Assembly (NCBI GenBank): GCA_000388065.2
Contig: KB932201.1
Strand: one strand, 5' to 3'
Length of the DNA stretch: 64,000 nucleotides
DNA from: Fonticula alba ATCC 38817
Lineage: Eukaryota; Protista; Nucleariida
Shown here: in pieces, positions 22,046-34,116 of the stretch
How positions within the stretch are numbered: position 1 is the stretch's first letter
Layout: the number at the start of each line of letters is the position of its first letter
Made by a program: the position numbers and the translations under genes
The notes under the pieces: generated by a model
What the model was told of the DNA's origin: nothing
Databases searched by the model: none
What the model saw: only the letters and a program-made list of their open reading frames with translations

Positions 22046-24306
22046 ATGTGTGTCTGCGGGAGCGGGTCCTCAGGATCGCAGGATGATGCTCCCTCGAAGG
22101 CCCCCCCCTCCCCTCCCCGCCCCCCGGTGGCACACTGCTCACGCCGATGACCACGCACCGCTTGCCATCAGCCACCACCTTCTCGTCGATGGTGCCCCAC
22201 TTGATCTCGTCCGGCTTGGCGGCCTTCAGCAGCTCGTTGACCAGCTCCTGCTCGGTCATGCTGTGGATGTTGAAGTTCTCCATGGCCTGGATCTTCTTGA
22301 AGACGGTCCGGTGCTGAAGCAGGACCTTGACCCACAGGGCGCGCGCGGCGTCGGTCGCCCGGAAGTAGATGAACCCGCCGGTGATCTTCTCCACCTTGTG
22401 GGCACCGCCCTGGATGTCCAGGTTCCGGTCGACAAACTGCAGCGGGTCGCGCAGGAACACCACGTCCACGTCCGACAGCAGGACATTGTAGCCCTTCTGC
22501 AGGATCTTGTAGATGAACTCGGTCCGGCTGTTCATCAGGGCCTGGTACGCCACCGACCCATAGTCGTAGGCCTTCTCGCGGGGGGTGCCATCGGCGGCGG
22601 TCTCATCGGCGGAGACAATGAACGAGCCATTGGCCGACTGGGCCAGCAGGGCCTTGTACTCCAGGGCGATGTTACTCTCGTAGTAGATGACCGGCAGGCC
22701 GCGATCGCGCAGGATCGTGTACATGGCCCGGTCGGTGGCGTGGAAGAGGAAGTTCTTCCGGCCAATGCGCAGCAGGGTGCACATCCAGTTGATGGAGAAG
22801 TCCAGGTAGCCGGAGTTGACGGTGGCCACGATGACATCGCGCGTCTGCGGGTCGGCCTGCTTGGCCAGCATGACGTCGATGGACTGCTCCTTCGGGCGCA
22901 GGGTGCAGAAGGGACACGCCCCGGAGGGGGCCGAGGAGGTGGTGCTGAAGTCGGCGCCGGGCCGAGTGAACACCGACGGGGCCGACTCGCCGGCCGGCAG
23001 GTTCTTCGGGCTCAGGGCATTGCCCGGGGAGTTGGGGATCGGCGCCAAGTAGTAGTCGCAGGACTCCACATCGCCGAGCTTCTTCGGGTCAACGGCATCG
23101 GACTTGGTCAGGTTGATGTTGTAGTCGGTGCCGGAGCGCGAGTGGCTACCTCCGACCTGTGGCGCGTGTTGCGGCGCGTGGGGCAATGTCCCAGGAGGGC
23201 AGGGCGGCGGGGACGTGGGGTTAGCATCTGAGGGAGGGCGGGCGTTCTCGGGGGATGCCCCCCCCCCGGGCAAGGTGGCACCCGAGGGGACGGGGATTTG
23301 GCCAAGTCCCGCGCGGTGGCACATACCTTCATGTGGTTGAGGTGCACGGCGAAGACCACCTCGGTGGCATCGACGGCCGCGGCATTCTGATTGCCGATGA
23401 ACTGCGCCAGCAGCCAGTTATCCCAGCGGACCTGCAGCATTCCCCCCCAGCCCCCGGAGCGGATGGGTGGCAAGGTGCGACACCGGCAGGATGGTGATGG
23501 CCGAAAGCGCGAGCCAAGATGCCGATGCGGGGGGTTTCCTCTTGGTGTTAGAGTGCCACGGAGCAGCATCATAAAGCGAGTCGCTTCTCCCGGGGTGGGG
23601 GCGGGGCCTTGGCGATGGCAGGGCGTGCTCGGGTGGCGTGTGGCACGGCGGCCAGGTGGGCCACAGAAAAGAAGAAGAAGAAGAAGAGGGGGAGCATGTC
23701 ATGTGTAACGCACACGGCCAACGATGAAGGGCGGCATGGGGCGGGCATAGCGGGTGCGGTACAGGAAGTAGTCGATCCCATACTTGCCGTGTGTCTTGCC
23801 GTAGCGTTCGACCTGTGGAAGGCCGCGGCGGGGGCGCGATCGTGGCAGGGCGATCAGCCGGGAGGAAGAGGCGCACGCCTGCGTGTCAGTACCATTATCG
23901 AGTGGTGTGCACCGGGTTTTTTTTCCCCTCCACTGGGCATCTGCCCATCTCTTTTTCTTTCTCTCTCTCTCTCTCTGTCTCTCTCGACCCCTTCCTGGGA
24001 GAAAGAAAGGGCAGCCACTGCGGCGCGCTCGCCCTCACGGGTGTGTGCACAAAGAAAAACACGCGACGCGAAGGGGGGGCGATGACAATGCGTGTTCCAG
24101 TGGACGCACGGTGCGCTTGAAGTCCTCGCGCCACATGGGGTTGTTGAAGTCAATCAGACGCGGGTACAGGATGTCGATGCGCTGGCCGACCATCAGGAAG
24201 TCCTCATGCTGGGAGGCAACCTATCCGGCCGAATTTGGCCAATGGACGGAGTTGATCGGGCAGTGGGTGGCGGGATGAAAGATGCATCAAGTCAGCACAC
24301 GGAGGA

Positions 24307-24341
<35 letters not shown>

Positions 24342-25641
24342 TCCCCCCCCTCACACCGGGAGGATATCCCCGAGCGGCGGGCCGTCTCTGTTTTTCTTCC
24401 CCCCAGCGCTTGATGTTTCTCCGAGCGGAGCACGCACCGAATGCATGGCATAGAGGATGTCCTCGAAGTAGACCATGTCCGAGTTGGAGTACATGATGTA
24501 CTCGGTGTCGGCCAGCTCGGCGGCCCGGGCAAACAGGCAGTCGTAGCGGGGGACATTGAGCTCCGGGTGCATGCAGGGCACCTGAAGACACACCGCCCGC
24601 GAGGGGGGCACGAACTGCGAGTGTTTTTTTTTCCCCACGTTAGAGTTCAATTCCACCGGTGGGCGTTCGGCTGGGATAGGAGAGGAGGAGTGCAGGGAGG
24701 GAGGGGAGCAAAGCAAGCTGGACGCAGGGGGTGTGCGCCGCCCCCCCCCCCCCGACCAGGGGAGAAAGGTCGCCCAGTGGGTGGGCAGCGGTGTACGGCC
24801 AGATCGCCGCAGCCGATTGGACTCTCTGCTTGTCTGCTTATCTCCACATGTGTGCGTGCGTGCGTGTGTGTGTGTGTCTGGGCGCGTGTGTGCGCATACG
24901 CACCGACATGACGAAGTCGCAGCTGCGCTCATCACCGAACAGGATGATCTTGACCCCGGGCAGACGAACCCACGACTGGATGGCGTTGTATGTGTGCAGG
25001 GTCTCCAGCCAATCGGTCTGGGTGTTGCCAGCGAAGTTGATGGAGTTCAGGTCGGTGACCGTCAGCTCGCGCAGAATGGTCCAGATGGTCAGGTCGCGGC
25101 CGAGGGTCGGATCCCCGGGGGGGAGGATCTCCCGCGCGGCCGGGTGGTCGGTGAATTCGCTCGGGCGTCCGGTGACCGAGGCCGAGGTCAGGGGGCTGGC
25201 GCCGCTGGAGCCGAAGTACGGCGAGGAGGTCCGGGCCGAGGGGTGTCGGGGCGTCGGCAGCATCGGGCCCGACCAGGGGGGGGGGGGGGGGAGGGGGGAA
25301 AGACGCGGCAAACCAGCAGGCCACAAGGGACCAAGGCACGCGATCCATGCATGTGTTAGCTGACGCTCGGCGGCCGGGGGTGTCCTGTTTTTTTCCCCGA
25401 CAGGCCAAGCTGGCCCACGGGGTCTGGCAAAGGGGGAACAAGCAGGCATTCCGGGTGCGCGCACACTCTCCCGTACCATGCCCATGTTGTAGGAATCGGC
25501 CGGGCTGCCGGAGGAGGCAAAGAAGGCCACCGCGCCAATGAGACCGACCAGGACGAGGCCCACCATGAGCATCGAAGACATCAGGCGTCTCCTGGGCCGG
25601 GACGGCGTCAGGGCGATGGATTCGCCCCGGGAGTGTCGCAT
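20051..25641 (-). CDS. Type II membrane, three-domain glycosyltransferase (uncharacterised GT-A domain + Nucleotid_trans/GT77-like domain + GT2-like domain), about 1,070 aa
   Basis: Exons 25641-25477, [possible 5-nt exon 25423-25419], 25204-24904, 24581-24438, 24220-24110, 23812-23714, 23431-23327, 23156-22159, 21854-20955, 20444-20051 join in frame. Domain 1: NAIQSW..YSNSD..FLMVGQRID..GIDYF..PPFIVGRVRWDNW..DAT..HLNH. Domain 2: NSGYLDFSINW..GYNVLLSDVDVVFLRDP..TGGFIYFR..EQ..IHNNYIIG. Domain 3: IIAFNRPRALLRLFRSL..WRHGRK..LEDDNIVSP..STWG. The first two junctions are the least certain. Confidence 0.85.
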
Positions 25642-25696
25642 GTTTGACAAGCTGCGCGCTTTGGCTCGGCGGGACTAACCAGCTACTGTGCCTGTG

Positions 25697-25756
<60 letters not shown>
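25697..25756. repeat. (TGCG)15 microsatellite just upstream of the glycosyltransferase start
   Basis: Direct reading of tandem TGCG units. Confidence 0.95.
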
Positions 25757-28497
25757 TGTGTGTGAGTACGTATGGCAGGTGAGTCACAGGGAGGGAAGCC
25801 AGTAAGAGGCCCAGACGGGGGGAGGCGCTGCTGGCGTGTTTGCGTCTGACAGCATAGCACAGCGCATGGCACATGCATACGTGCGCGTATGCGTATGTGT
25901 ATATATATATATATGTGTGTGTGTGTGTGACTGTGTGGACATGGGCGCCCATCGCCGGAGCCCCAGCATGCTGTGTACCTATTCTGGAGGTAAAAAGGAG
26001 AGAGCGGAGGCAGGGAGAGGGATGGACAAGGGGGAGGGGGAGGAGAGGGGCCGGTCGGGATGCAATCCAGACTGTAGAGAGACAAATGCTCTGAGATCCA
26101 CCTGCGGAAGGGTGCGCGCGAGGAGGGTGCAAGAGGGCAAAAAGGCAGGGGAGTACCGAAGATGTGACGGCACCGGGGTTCCGGAATGGGGCCCCTTCAG
26201 ACCTCCCGCGAGAGGAACGTCGGCATGCGCGCCTCGACTCCACCAGCCCCGGGCCGGGCTCTTCTGCCCCTCCCCACGCCCCCACCCCCTGCCCCCGCGC
26301 TGCTGCCTACACCCCTCCGGCCTGCTCTGGGAGTTGTTCCTGCCCCATCCTCCCCCCCCCCCCCCGGTCGGGCGTGGGAGACAGTGCCGCCTCGGTGGCA
26401 GGCAGAGCAAATGGGGCGCCGCCGAGGCGAGACGGCTTGCCAGGCCCCGACAGGGGCATCAGTACCTGTAGAGTGGCCTCCCCTCGCCGCCTCGCCATCG
26501 CCCCATGTCCCCGGTCCAGCCCTGCTGCGTACTCGGGCTGAGTCTCTTTCTCCCCTGTGGCAGCGTGCCGTGCTGCGGAGGGCGATGTCGCCAGCCGAGC
26601 GTCCCTGCGCGGAATCCCCGCTCGACCATCCGGACAGGGGGCCGCCCGGTGTTCACCCCTTGGAGCAGCGCCGACAAGACTTGCTGCGGCCGAATTCGGC
26701 CCTCTTCCCGGCCCCCCCTCGCGAATGAGCCTTCCTGTCCCTGGTGTCCATGGCTTCGATCGGTGCCGGCTGGGCCGCGGTATCGGCATGTTGGCCCCCT
26801 CGAGGGATGGGAAAGAGACCGAGGGAGCAGCCAGACAGGGCGACGCGTTGCGCGTGTCCCGCATGAGGCCGCGGAGGCGGGGAGGGATGTCCCCCACTCA
26901 AGATGACCCAGCCTCCGGATTGGGCGTCGAAAGCCGTGCCTGGGCCCGTCCGCGAGCCCCCCTCCTCCTCCCCCCGCCCCGAATGACGCCATTCAGCAGG
27001 AGAGGCAAATGGGCGTGGCGTATCTCTTCCTGCTGCCTCTCGGCCCTTGACTGGGTCTTCATAGATAACGAAGCATGCAGTAAGAGGGGGCGACCGCCGG
27101 CGGGTAGGAGGAGGGGCTGCAAATAAAAAAAGGGGGCGACTTGTGGAGGGCAAGTCTCCGCTGGGTGCCGGGCAGGAAAGAGAAAAGAAAAGAAAAGGCC
27201 GAGCCGAAATTAAGACACCTGCCCGCCACAGGCATGCGCAGAATGCCCCGGTGCAAAGAGGACACCCTCCCCCAGGGCTAGGGCAGACACATCCGGGCAT
27301 CGGTGGAATCGCTGGCACTATGCCGGACGCTGGGGCTGGGTATGCCGAAGCGCTGTTACCCGCCGGGCGGCGGCCGGCACACATTGGCATGCCTGTGCGC
27401 CTTCATGCGGACCGGCAGCCACCCCCCCCCCCCCTTCCCCCGCGATCTGTCAGGCGGTTGACAGGACACAGGGATGGTTCTACAATTGGAGAATGCCATC
27501 TTCCCCCTTTCGAGACGCCGGAAACCAAAGGCCTCCGGCCCGGCGTGGGGCGAGGGGGGGGGGGGGGGGGGGAGGGCACACCCTCTGCCGCGCCTCCTAT
27601 GTTCGATATGTGTAGCCATGCCGGCTCGCGCTGCCGTTCTTCTGGCCCCATGTCGCTACCTTGGTTGGTCGGTCGGTCGGTCGGTCGGTCGGACTCCTTG
27701 CTCGCCGGCCTCCACTCGCCGTTCTCTCGGTGCGTGTGTGTGTGCGTCTCTGCGTGTTGCACGCGGACGCCCCCTGAAAGAGGGGGAGCCTTGGCGTGGA
27801 TCCCCATGACCAGGCGAGGCCCCCGCCCTCGCCGGCCCCCTCTCCCAGCTGGTCCTGGCCGGGCACACCCCCAGGGGGGGGGGGAGTTCGGATTAATCAG
27901 TCATGCTGCGCGGGCGCCGGGGGAGCACAACGCAGGGGATATTGCCCACAAGCCAGCCGACCGACGCCTTGTGGGCGAGGGAGCCACCCTGGCAGTAAAC
28001 AAACAGAGCCCTCAAGCCGGCCAAGTTGGGAATGATGGTGGGGCAAGACGCATGTCGCCACCCCCGGGGCATGCTCTTCACGGAAATTCGCGCTGCAACC
28101 CTAGGCACAAGGTGCTCCCGAGGATGGCGCCACCAGGTGCCGAGACAATCACATGGCCAGATTATTTAAATTTCACGTTTCGCCGCCCGCAGCGCGAGCC
28201 CTTCGCGCGATCCCCGCTTCGCCGGTGGCCGGCTGGCTCGCCCGCCCCGCCCGCCCCCCGGGCCCGCGGCCCGATCCGGCACGAGCCGCCCGCACCGGCA
28301 CCATCGCCTCGTTGGTCATATCTCGGGGAGTACCCCCCTCGGGGCTCGGTCTCAGGCCGATCGATCAGCTTCCTCCTCCCCTCTCCTCCCGCCACCTGCC
28401 GATTGTCCGCAGACCCTCGCCTTTTGTCGCGGACTTCCTCCTTCCCCTCCCCCTCTCTTCCTGGCCCTCTGGATGGCTTCCACATCCGCGGCGCTCC

Positions 28498-31400
28498 ATG
28501 GAACGTGTACGTGTGTTCCGCGCCATCTGTGCCGCCATGCTTCCTTTCCACCCGCTTTCTCTGACCCCCCCCCCCCCCCCCCCCCGCCCCCCCGGCCGCC
28601 CCTCCCCCCGCCTCGTCCTCCACCATCACTTTGCCCATACNNNNNNNNNNCCCCGCCTCGTCCTCCACCATCACTTTGCCCATACGGAAGACGGCTACCA
28701 TCTTTGTTGTCGCGCGTGGCGGCGCCGGGCCGCGAGAGCAGCGCGAACGGGCGCTCAGCTTTGTGCGATTGTTCCTGGCCCAGCGGGCCATTGACGGTCG
28801 GCGGTCCGAGTGCGCCGGTGTTGTATCCGCTGACGGGGTCCCGCCGCGCTTGATCGACGATTTCCCCGATCTGCAGGATGCCGGAGCCGGGGCCGACCCC
28901 ACGCAGCAGGCCCCATGCGTGCTGGTGCCTCTCCAGCCGAGCGCGCGTCCCGGGCTCGAGCGAGTACATCGCTATGGCCAAGCGCTGCCGGCGGGGCCGC
29001 CGGACATGGCCGACGGGTTGTCGCCCTTCCGGCCGGTGGACTGGCTGGCGGCGCTGGCTTTCGCCCGGGAGCTCTTCTTTGCCTATCGGCTGAGCAACCG
29101 CCGGGTGACCTTCCACTTCAAGCGCATCGTGCTGGTTATGCCCTTCTACGGGTGCATCCCCGGGGATGGGATCCTGTCGGGGGAGTGTGAGGATCCGTCA
29201 CTTGCGCCGGAGGCTGAGCCAGCCATCCGGCACATATTCCAGCGGCTAGACGAAGACAACATCGTGTTGGAGGTGCTGTGCGTCTCTTTGCCGTTGTCTC
29301 TTTCTCCCCCTCTCCTGGTTGCACTCTCGAGAGGGCTTTCTTTCACTGCCCGCGCATGCATCTCTGCACATCCACACACCTATGCATGTGTGTGTGTGTG
29401 TGTGTGTGTGTGTATCCGTACATTCGTACACTCACACCTCTGTACATTTGTCCACCTGTATATTCACACGTCCGCACATCTGCACATGCGTCGCGGCGCA
29501 ACGTAGCGACATCGGATCTGGCGTGCCGCACATCATTTCGCCCATCTCCACCACCCTGAAGCTGGCCTTGCCGACGGTGACGACCTTGCTGCCGCCGGCG
29601 CCCAGCCCGCGCCCCGTGTTCAAGGGGCCGCTGATAATCGGCTCGCCGGCCTGTGCGGCCTCCAGCCGGAATGCCTTCCACACGGAGGACCACCATCCGG
29701 CCGGGCTAGAGCTAGAGGTGGCGGTTTTCGCTCGAGTTGGCACCCCGCGCACGCTCACCTACAAGCTGGCGTTTCTGCTGCCCCCGGCGGCCGGGGCCGC
29801 TGCCGGGCCAGGGCCCAACGGCAGCGATGCCGGTCAGTACCGCCTGCTGCCGTTGGTGCTGGACCGGGTGCCGGTGCGTGCGGCCGAGCGCACTCTCGGC
29901 GGCCTGGCCACCGGCGATCCAGCCGATCAGGACCCGGCCATCGTCCCGGCGGAGCACCTGGCCCGAACGTACCGCTATGGGAAGCAGCGCATTGCCGTCA
30001 CCCGAGCCGATGAGCTGATCGCCGCCGCTGGGGCTGGCTGCCCGGCCGAGGCGGAGCGGTCCCTGCAGCTGATCTGCTTCTTTGAGGCCCGTAGCTTGCC
30101 CCCGGCTTTTGCCCTGCACGCTGGACCCACCTACTGGATGGTGGCTGTGGGCGCGCCGGCGGAGGCCACCACCCCGGGGGGGCCTGGCGCGGGCGCGTGC
30201 CCGCGCGGCACGGCCCCGGCCAATGCCCTGGCGCTGGCCCACCTCGTTGGGCACATGCGCCTGACCGGGCGCATTGCCCTGCTCCGGTATGTGCGCGTCA
30301 GCGGCGCAGCGCCACAATTGATGCTGGCACGGACCCAGCCGGGCACCGATCGGCCGGTCCTCCTGCTGACGCGTCTGCCCTTTGCCGGGGAGGTGTTGCA
30401 TTCGGCGGTGCCGGGGTCTGGCCGGCTCCGACGGGCGGTCCAGGCGGCCAATCCGGCGGCCGATGCCGCCATGGACGCCCTCATCGACCAGCATCTGGCC
30501 GCCGAGGCTGGCGCGATTCCCCTCAAGACGGAGCTCGACCCGGGGGCAGTTCCCCGGGCGGCCGATGTGCCCGGCTCCGCGGGCCGGGAATTGCCGCTGT
30601 TCCGGAGCCCGAACTACGCCCTGCAGCGGCACTTGGCCCTGTGCCTGTTGGTTCCCGAGGCAACTGCCTGGCTGCCTCCCCTGTCGACGGTTCTGGGGCC
30701 GATCCTGCCGGAGCCCGGGTCCGGGCCAAAGGCCGATCCGCTGGCCGGGGTGTTTGCCCTGCGCAAGCGTCCTGCCCTGGGGGAAGCCGGATTGGAGGAT
30801 GGGCCGGTTGCGGCCGGGGCCAAGCGCCCGGCGGCCCTCTCGACTGGCTTCCGCAGCCAGGACACCGAGGCTCGGGTCCGGTCGATCATGTCCTCGCGGC
30901 CGGAGCTGGCGGTGCTGGACAAATTCCTTCTGGCCACCGGGCCGGTGGCCCTGCTGGCGGCCCTGCCTCGGCATGGCTTCCAGCCGGCACCCGGGGCCGG
31001 GGCCGGGGCCAGCGCCAGCGGCGGCAGCATGGCCGGCGTGGCTGGCGCGGGCGGCGCGGTGCCACTCCTGCAGGCCGCATGTGCCGAGCTGGTCGAGTGG
31101 CTGGGCGCCGGGGCCGATCGTGGTGGCCGGGCAGCCGAGCTCCCCGGCGAGGCGGATGCCTGGCTGGCCTTGAGGGCATTGTCTCTGCGCGAGCGGAGCC
31201 ACGACATTTATGACTCGGCGCTGGCGGCGGCGCAGGCGCGCGGGTCGCTGGCAGCGCTCCGAGCCCCGGGGCCCCTCGGCCCGGTGGCCCACGACCCGGA
31301 TGATGGCCAGGACCTGATGGAGTTTGCGCCGGAGATCCAGGCCCCCGGCACCGGGCTGGCGGCCCTCCCGGCCACCCTACAAGCTGGCTTCCATTCCTTC

Positions 31401-31638
31401 CCCTCCCAGCCGCTGCCCAGCCAGGCGTCCCTGTCCTCCTTGGATGGGGGGGGCGTTGGGTCGGCTGCCTTCGGCCACTCGGCCATGGCCGACGATCCGG
31501 AGGGCGACCTGGTGCGCTTTTTGCTGGGCCATTCTCCCCACGCCGGCCTCCCTGCTTCGCTTGTCGCCACTTCACGGCTCCTCTTTCTGACGCCTGGCCC
31601 TGACCCCCTCTCTCGACCAGTTTGCCGACCTGGACTAG
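28498..31638 (+). CDS. XRCC5: Ku80 (NHEJ DNA end-binding subunit), strongly diverged
   Basis: Exons about 28498-28506 (start uncertain), about 28691-29277, 29507-31511, 31621-31638. Core motifs PVFKGPLIIG, YRYGKQRIAV, LQLICFF, ALLRYVR..APQLML..LPFAGEV, AMDALID, SPNYALQR. C-terminal helical domain and acidic/hydrophobic tail DDPEGDLFADLD*. Confidence 0.8.
28641..28650. other. 10-N gap with an overlapped 35-bp duplicate on both sides
   Basis: 28606-28640 is identical to 28651-28685. Confidence 0.95.
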
Positions 31639-31954
31639 GAGAGGCCCTTGGCTCGCGGGCCCGGGGTTCCATGCACATACACATGTGTGCATGTATGTCT
31701 GTGTGCGCGCGCGCGCGCGCGTGCATGCAGCCGCCCCAGGCCCCCCCCCCCGTCCCCTGGGAGGAGGGAATATACCCTGCTCCAGAAGCACATGCATGTG
31801 TTCATGTGTGCGTGCATGTATACGTGTATTGGTGCATGGTCGAGGGCCGCGGGGCGACAGGGTACTGTCCCTGGATGCGCGCCGGGTGGGCCGCTCGCTT
31901 GCTTGAGCACGGGCGCGGCTCCAAGACAGAGGTCTGCTCCGCCTCGCCGGGCCC

Positions 31955-34057
31955 CTACTGACCGGTGTCGCCGGCCCCGCGGGAGAAAACCATCTGCGAG
32001 GCGACAACCACATGCGAAAGGGGACTTCCTGCCAGGGAGGGCGGGGCCATGCCGGCCACAATCGGGTGCGGCGGGGCCGGCATGTCCGCCGGGGGCGAGG
32101 GATGCGCCGGCCCGGCCCCGGTGGTGGGTGGCTGAGGGGTCGCCTCGTCGACCGGGGCCGGCTGCATCCGGGCATTGATGTACGAGGACATCAGCTGGGT
32201 GAGGCGGTTCGGCTGCCGGAGCGCGATGGAGAGGGGCACCCGCATGGGGGGAAGAGAGAGAGAGAGAGAGAGGAGAAGGGAGGGGCAGGATCGGCCACAG
32301 GAAGTGGCACACACACATGCATACAACGAAGCGGTCAGTCACAGGGGAAGGGCGGGGGAATGGCCACCAGCAGAGCCGGGGGGCGGGGGCGGAAAAGCGC
32401 AAACAGGCAAGACCCCGCGCGCCGCGGCGGCACACGCACCGCCAGCATGTGGAAGTAAAGGCGCGTCACACCGTGCACCGGGGACTGGGCGCGGAGAAGG
32501 TCCCGGCCGCTGTCCTGCCGGGCAAGGGCCGGGTCCAGCAGATCCGTGTCAGTCGGCTCCGGCTGACAGGCCGAGGCCAGGAGCTGGAGCAGGGTGGCCT
32601 GCGACCGGGACTCGGCCACCAGCAGCGTGAAGACGCCCACATGGGTGCCGGCCCCGGGGCCGGAGGCCGGGTCGCCGCCCAGCCCGAAGGCGATCAGGCT
32701 GCCCGGGGCCGAGGCCGACTCGACGCCCGCGCCGAAGAAGTTCAGGTGCCTGTGGCTCATGGTCGGGCTGCCGATGAGCCCGGCCACGAAGTGCGCCCCG
32801 GCCGGGGCGTGGTAGTAGTCGGCCGCGGCCGCGGCCGCCCCGCCATCCGAAGCCAGCATGTCGGCCTCGAGGATCGGGTCGCCACCGGCCGCCAGGCCGC
32901 CGGCGCCCTGGCCGGCTCCCCCCGGGCCGCTGGTGCCGATGCTTGACAGACTCGATGTCGACAGGGACAAAGAGCTGCCATAGAGCGAGCCGGGCCCGCC
33001 GGGGCCGAGGCTGGCACCCATGCCCGGGCCGCCGGCGCCGGCGCCGAAGGACCCAAGCGAGGGGGCCGAAGCGGGAGCCCCGCCGGGGCCGAGCAGGTCC
33101 TGGCCAGGCCCCGGGCCGCCGGCCGCCAGGCCGGCCAGATCGCCCGCGTGCCCGTGGAAGGGGGTCGACGCGCCGAAGGGGAAGTACGACCCGAAGCCCA
33201 CGAGATGCTGGTCGTACTGGTAGTCTGCCACCACGGCCAGGGTGTCCGGGTTCATGAGGCTGATGCCGTCGTGGCGCACGGCCAGCAGGACCGTCTGGCC
33301 CCCGGCCTCGGCCGCGAAGAAGGACGACCCGCATAGGCGCCACCGGCGGAAGGCCCCGAGGAAGATGCGCATGCATTGGTGCGCGGTGCGGCCCTTGAGC
33401 CGGCGCCAGTTGTCATGGAAGCCATTGCTCCAGGAGCTCATGGTGGATTCCTCGCGCAGGCGCATGGGCAAGAACCGATCGAAGGCGAAGCTGTTTCCGA
33501 AAGGGAAGCCAGGCGAAGGGTCAGAAGGAAGGCACACAGGAGCACACAGCGGCCAGGGCGAGATGGCCCGAGGGCGCCTGGGGACAAGGGGGAAGACACA
33601 GGCGTGTGGTTGGCCATTGGGGCTCTTTTCTTGGTGTCATGTGTCTCTCTCACCCCCCCCCCTCCCCCTGTCCCCGGTAATGGAGGCAGCAACACAAGGA
33701 TGGCCACATGCACGAACCGAGATTTCTTGTTGGAGGCGGCACCACCGGAGGCGCTGGCCCCGGTCGGGGTGGCCCCCGAGATGGCCTCATAATCACCCCA
33801 CTTCGCCTGGGACATGACGGCCACGAGGAAGGTGGCCGTCTCAATGGCGACCGGCGCCATCGAATGGGTGAACTGCCGGCCGGCGATCAGAGGGGGGGGG
33901 GGAGGGCGCGAGCACGGCCGGGCCCGACGGCGAATCGGATGTCAGAGACCATGGGCAAGTGGATAGAGGCACACATGCCAGTGCGCGGCGCCTGCTGTGC
34001 GTGCCGGTCGCGCGGAGGCCAAGGATGGGTAGGAGGAAAAATGGGGAGCTTCGGCCG

Positions 34058-34116
<59 letters not shown>

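Noticed and set aside
27225-27400. 10-bp inverted repeat (ACAGGCATGC...GCATGCCTGT) suggesting a structured ncRNA
   Set aside because: Too short for a GC-rich background; no C/D or H/ACA boxes, Sm site or known snRNA/SRP motif was seen.
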